DNA of 64,000 bases from an uncultured delta proteobacterium (lineage in GTDB: Bacteria; Desulfobacterota; Binatia; HRBIN30; BPIQ01), in contig CAVXGR010000012.1 of NCBI GenBank assembly GCA_963761335.1, forward strand, positions 224,001 to 288,000, in the 5' to 3' direction. The position numbers were made by a program, and so were the translations under genes. A model generated the notes under the pieces. The model had not been told where the DNA came from, made no database searches, and saw only the letters and a list, made by a program, of their open reading frames with translations. Shown piece by piece: positions 61,588 through 64,000 of this stretch (the first letter of the stretch is position 1; each line of letters begins with the position of its first letter).

Positions 61588-63030
61588 ATGTCCTACGAAG
61601 CCGTCATCGGATTGGAAGTCCACGCCGAGCTGCTCACCGCCTCGAAGATCTTCTGCGGCTGCTCCACCACCTTCGGCGCGCCGCCCAACCAGAACACCTG
61701 CCCGGTGTGCCTGGGATTGCCGGGGGCCTTGCCGGTGCTCAATCGGCGCGTCGTCGAGTACGCCGTCACCTTCGGCCTCGCCACCCACTGCCGAGTCGCC
61801 CGCTCCAGCCGCTGGGCGCGCAAGAACTACTTCTACCCCGACCTGCCGAAGGGGTATCAGATCAGCCAGTACGAGCTGCCCATCTGCCTCGACGGCCACG
61901 TCGACGTCGAGGTGGAGGGGGTTCGCAAGCGCGTTCGCCTCACCCGCGCCCACATGGAGGAGGACACCGGCAAGAACATCCACGACGCCCACAGCGACGC
62001 CAGCCTCGTCGACTTCAACCGCTGCGGCGTCCCGCTGCTGGAGATCGTCAGCGAGCCCGACATTCGCTCCGCCGAGGAAGCCGGAGCCTACCTGCGGAGG
62101 CTGCGCACGATCCTGCAGTACCTGGAGATCTGCGACGGCAACATGGAGGAAGGCAGCTTCCGCTGCGACGCCAACGTCTCCATCCGGCGGCGGGGGCAGG
62201 AGGCCTTCGGCACCAAGATCGAGATCAAGAACATGAACTCCTTCCGCGCCGTCGAGCGCGCCATCGCCCACGAGATCACCCGGCAGGCGGACGTGCTCGA
62301 CACCGGCGGCACCCTGGCGCAGGAGACCCGTCTCTGGGATCCCGAGCGCGAGGTGACGCGCTCGATGCGCTCCAAGGAGTACGCGCACGACTACCGCTAC
62401 TTCCCGGAGCCCGATCTGCTGCCACTGGAGGTCAGCGACGAGTGGGTCGAGCGAGTCCGCCAGCAGATGCCGGAGCTGCCCGAGGCGCGGCGCGAGCGCT
62501 TCGTCCGCGACTACGGCCTGCCCGAGTACGACGCCGAGGTGCTCACCGCCCGCAAGGACATCGCCGACTACTTCGAAGCCGCCGTCGGCCAGCACGGCAA
62601 CGCCAAGGCGATCAGCAACTGGATCATGGGCGACATCCTGCGCGTACTGCGCGAGCGGCGGCTCGACGACGCCCTCGTCATCCGCGAATGGCCGGTGCCG
62701 CCCGAGTCGGTCGCCGGCCTGGTGCGCCTGATCGACGCGGGAACCATCAGCGGCAAGATCGCCAAGACCGTCTTCGACGAGATGCTCGCCGGCGGCGGGC
62801 GCCCGGAGGACATCGTCCGCGAGCGCGGCCTGGTGCAGGTGTCCGACGAGGGCCCCATCCTCGCCGCCATCGATCAGGTGCTGGCGGCCAACCCCGACAA
62901 GGTCGCCGAGTTCCGCGGCGGCAAGGACAAGCTCCTCGGCTTCTTCGTCGGCCAGGTCATGAAGGCGACGCAGGGGAAGGCAAATCCCGGAAAGGTGAAC
63001 GAGCTGCTGCGCTCGCGACTCGCGGGTTGA
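61588..63030 (+). CDS. gatB: Asp/Glu-tRNA amidotransferase subunit B
   Basis: [42 protein letters not shown]. Confidence 0.98.
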   Translation: MSYEAVIGLEVHAELLTASKIFCGCSTTFGAPPNQNTCPVCLGLPGALPVLNRRVVEYAVTFGLATHCRVARSSRWARKNYFYPDLPKGYQISQYELPICLDGHVDVEVEGVRKRVRLTRAHMEEDTGKNIHDAHSDASLVDFNRCGVPLLEIVSEPDIRSAEEAGAYLRRLRTILQYLEICDGNMEEGSFRCDANVSIRRRGQEAFGTKIEIKNMNSFRAVERAIAHEITRQADVLDTGGTLAQETRLWDPEREVTRSMRSKEYAHDYRYFPEPDLLPLEVSDEWVERVRQQMPELPEARRERFVRDYGLPEYDAEVLTARKDIADYFEAAVGQHGNAKAISNWIMGDILRVLRERRLDDALVIREWPVPPESVAGLVRLIDAGTISGKIAKTVFDEMLAGGGRPEDIVRERGLVQVSDEGPILAAIDQVLAANPDKVAEFRGGKDKLLGFFVGQVMKATQGKANPGKVNELLRSRLAG

Positions 63031-63055
63031 CGGGTTCTCGGGTTCACGGGCTCGG

Positions 63056-64000
63056 TCAGAGGCAGCGCCGTCGCGCCAGAGCCTCGAGCGTCTCGGCGTG
63101 CTTGCGTCGCGTGATGCGGTAGCGGGACAGGCAGACGACGGCGAGGAGGTAGAGCGCCATCAGCACGGGTGCCACCACCACGCCGAGCGCGAAGAGCTTG
63201 TGCGCCGGCACGCCGCCCGGAGCGGCGCCGCGCGGGAAGTCGATCACGTCGAGGCCGACGCCGGCGAGCAGGCCTCCGAGGCCAGAGGTCGCCTTGCCGA
63301 CGAAGGCGATGGCGGCGACGAACATCCCCTCCTGGCGCTTGCCGGTGTCGAGCTCGTGCTCGTCGACGATGTCCGCGATCATCGAGGCGACGGTAATGCT
63401 GAGCATGACGACGACGGTGACCATGAACAGCGCATGGACGAACATGATGCCGAGCAACAGCGGCCGGCCATTCTCCGGCATCAGCCCGAGGAAGCGAAGC
63501 AGCACCGGCAGCGGGCCGACGATTACGCCGACGGCGGCCAGGCCGAGCGCCGCCCTTCTCTTCTCGAAGCGGGCAGTGAGCGGCCGCGCCAGGACGAAGG
63601 CGAGGACAACGGCGATCGCCAGAGCATAGACCAGCACGGCGATCTGCGCCGTGGAGAAGCCCCAGAAGTAGGTATTCATGTACAGGCCGATGACGTCGCC
63701 GAAGCCCGCCGCCACAGAGGCGAAGAGAGCGCCGAGGACGAGCGCGCGGTAGGAGTGATTGCCCAGCACGGAGCGCACATCCCTCCGCAGGCGCGCCAAC
63801 GATGCCGGCCCATCCTCGGACGGCGGGCGGAGCGTCGGGATCAAGCGATGCGTGCCCAGGGCGCAGACGAGGATCGCCGCAAAGATCATCGCCGCGCCGG
63901 CGATGGCATAGTGCCCGTACGCCTGCGGGTCGAAGCGACCGTCGCCGAACGCCGGCGATGGAGCAAAGAAGTAGAGGTAGCCCAGCTGCGCCGCCACCAG
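63056..64000 (-). CDS. MFS transporter, glycoside-pentoside-hexuronide (MelB-like) family; 5' end lies outside the window
   Basis: SMIADIVDEHEL.TGKRQEGMF and multiple TM helices. Confidence 0.88.
   Translation of the reverse strand: MVAAQLGYLYFFAPSPAFGDGRFDPQAYGHYAIAGAAMIFAAILVCALGTHRLIPTLRPPSEDGPASLARLRRDVRSVLGNHSYRALVLGALFASVAAGFGDVIGLYMNTYFWGFSTAQIAVLVYALAIAVVLAFVLARPLTARFEKRRAALGLAAVGVIVGPLPVLLRFLGLMPENGRPLLLGIMFVHALFMVTVVVMLSITVASMIADIVDEHELDTGKRQEGMFVAAIAFVGKATSGLGGLLAGVGLDVIDFPRGAAPGGVPAHKLFALGVVVAPVLMALYLLAVVCLSRYRITRRKHAETLEALARRRCL

Noticed and set aside
58636..62595. 1319-aa minus-strand ORF
   Set aside because: Mostly the antisense shadow of gatCAB; only about 58862-59220 is real (the adaptor N-terminus).

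Overview
GC-rich bacterial chromosomal window; the gene families loosely suggest a deltaproteobacterial/Candidatus Binatia-like organism, which is inference only. From left to right: (i) a minus-strand Wzx/Wzy-type exopolysaccharide export locus (1-9715); (ii) a ~12.2 kb element integrated in tRNA-Arg(CCT), bounded by a 44-bp direct repeat (9996-10039 / 22237-22280). It encodes a tyrosine integrase, several HTH regulators, a Prim-Pol/DUF3987 replicase, putative small and large terminase subunits, two apparently paralogous all-helical proteins and an oppositely oriented secreted FGE/C-type-lectin cargo gene resembling a DGR target, but no recognisable portal, capsid or tail gene; (iii) a decayed accessory patch with a Phd-VapC toxin-antitoxin pair; (iv) core genes: K+ channel, BtuF-like binding protein, isobutyryl-CoA-mutase-like pair, glpX, thrC, hom, recG, pyrR-pyrB-pyrC-carA-carB with a PyrR attenuator, yraN, gatCAB and an MFS transporter. 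These are interspersed with an HprK-related kinase/phosphotransferase/glycosyltransferase operon, several internally deleted genes, small unannotated ORFs and REP-like repeats. The best candidate for an undescribed system is the capsid-less, terminase-encoding, satellite-like element. All calls were made by eye; no database searches were run.
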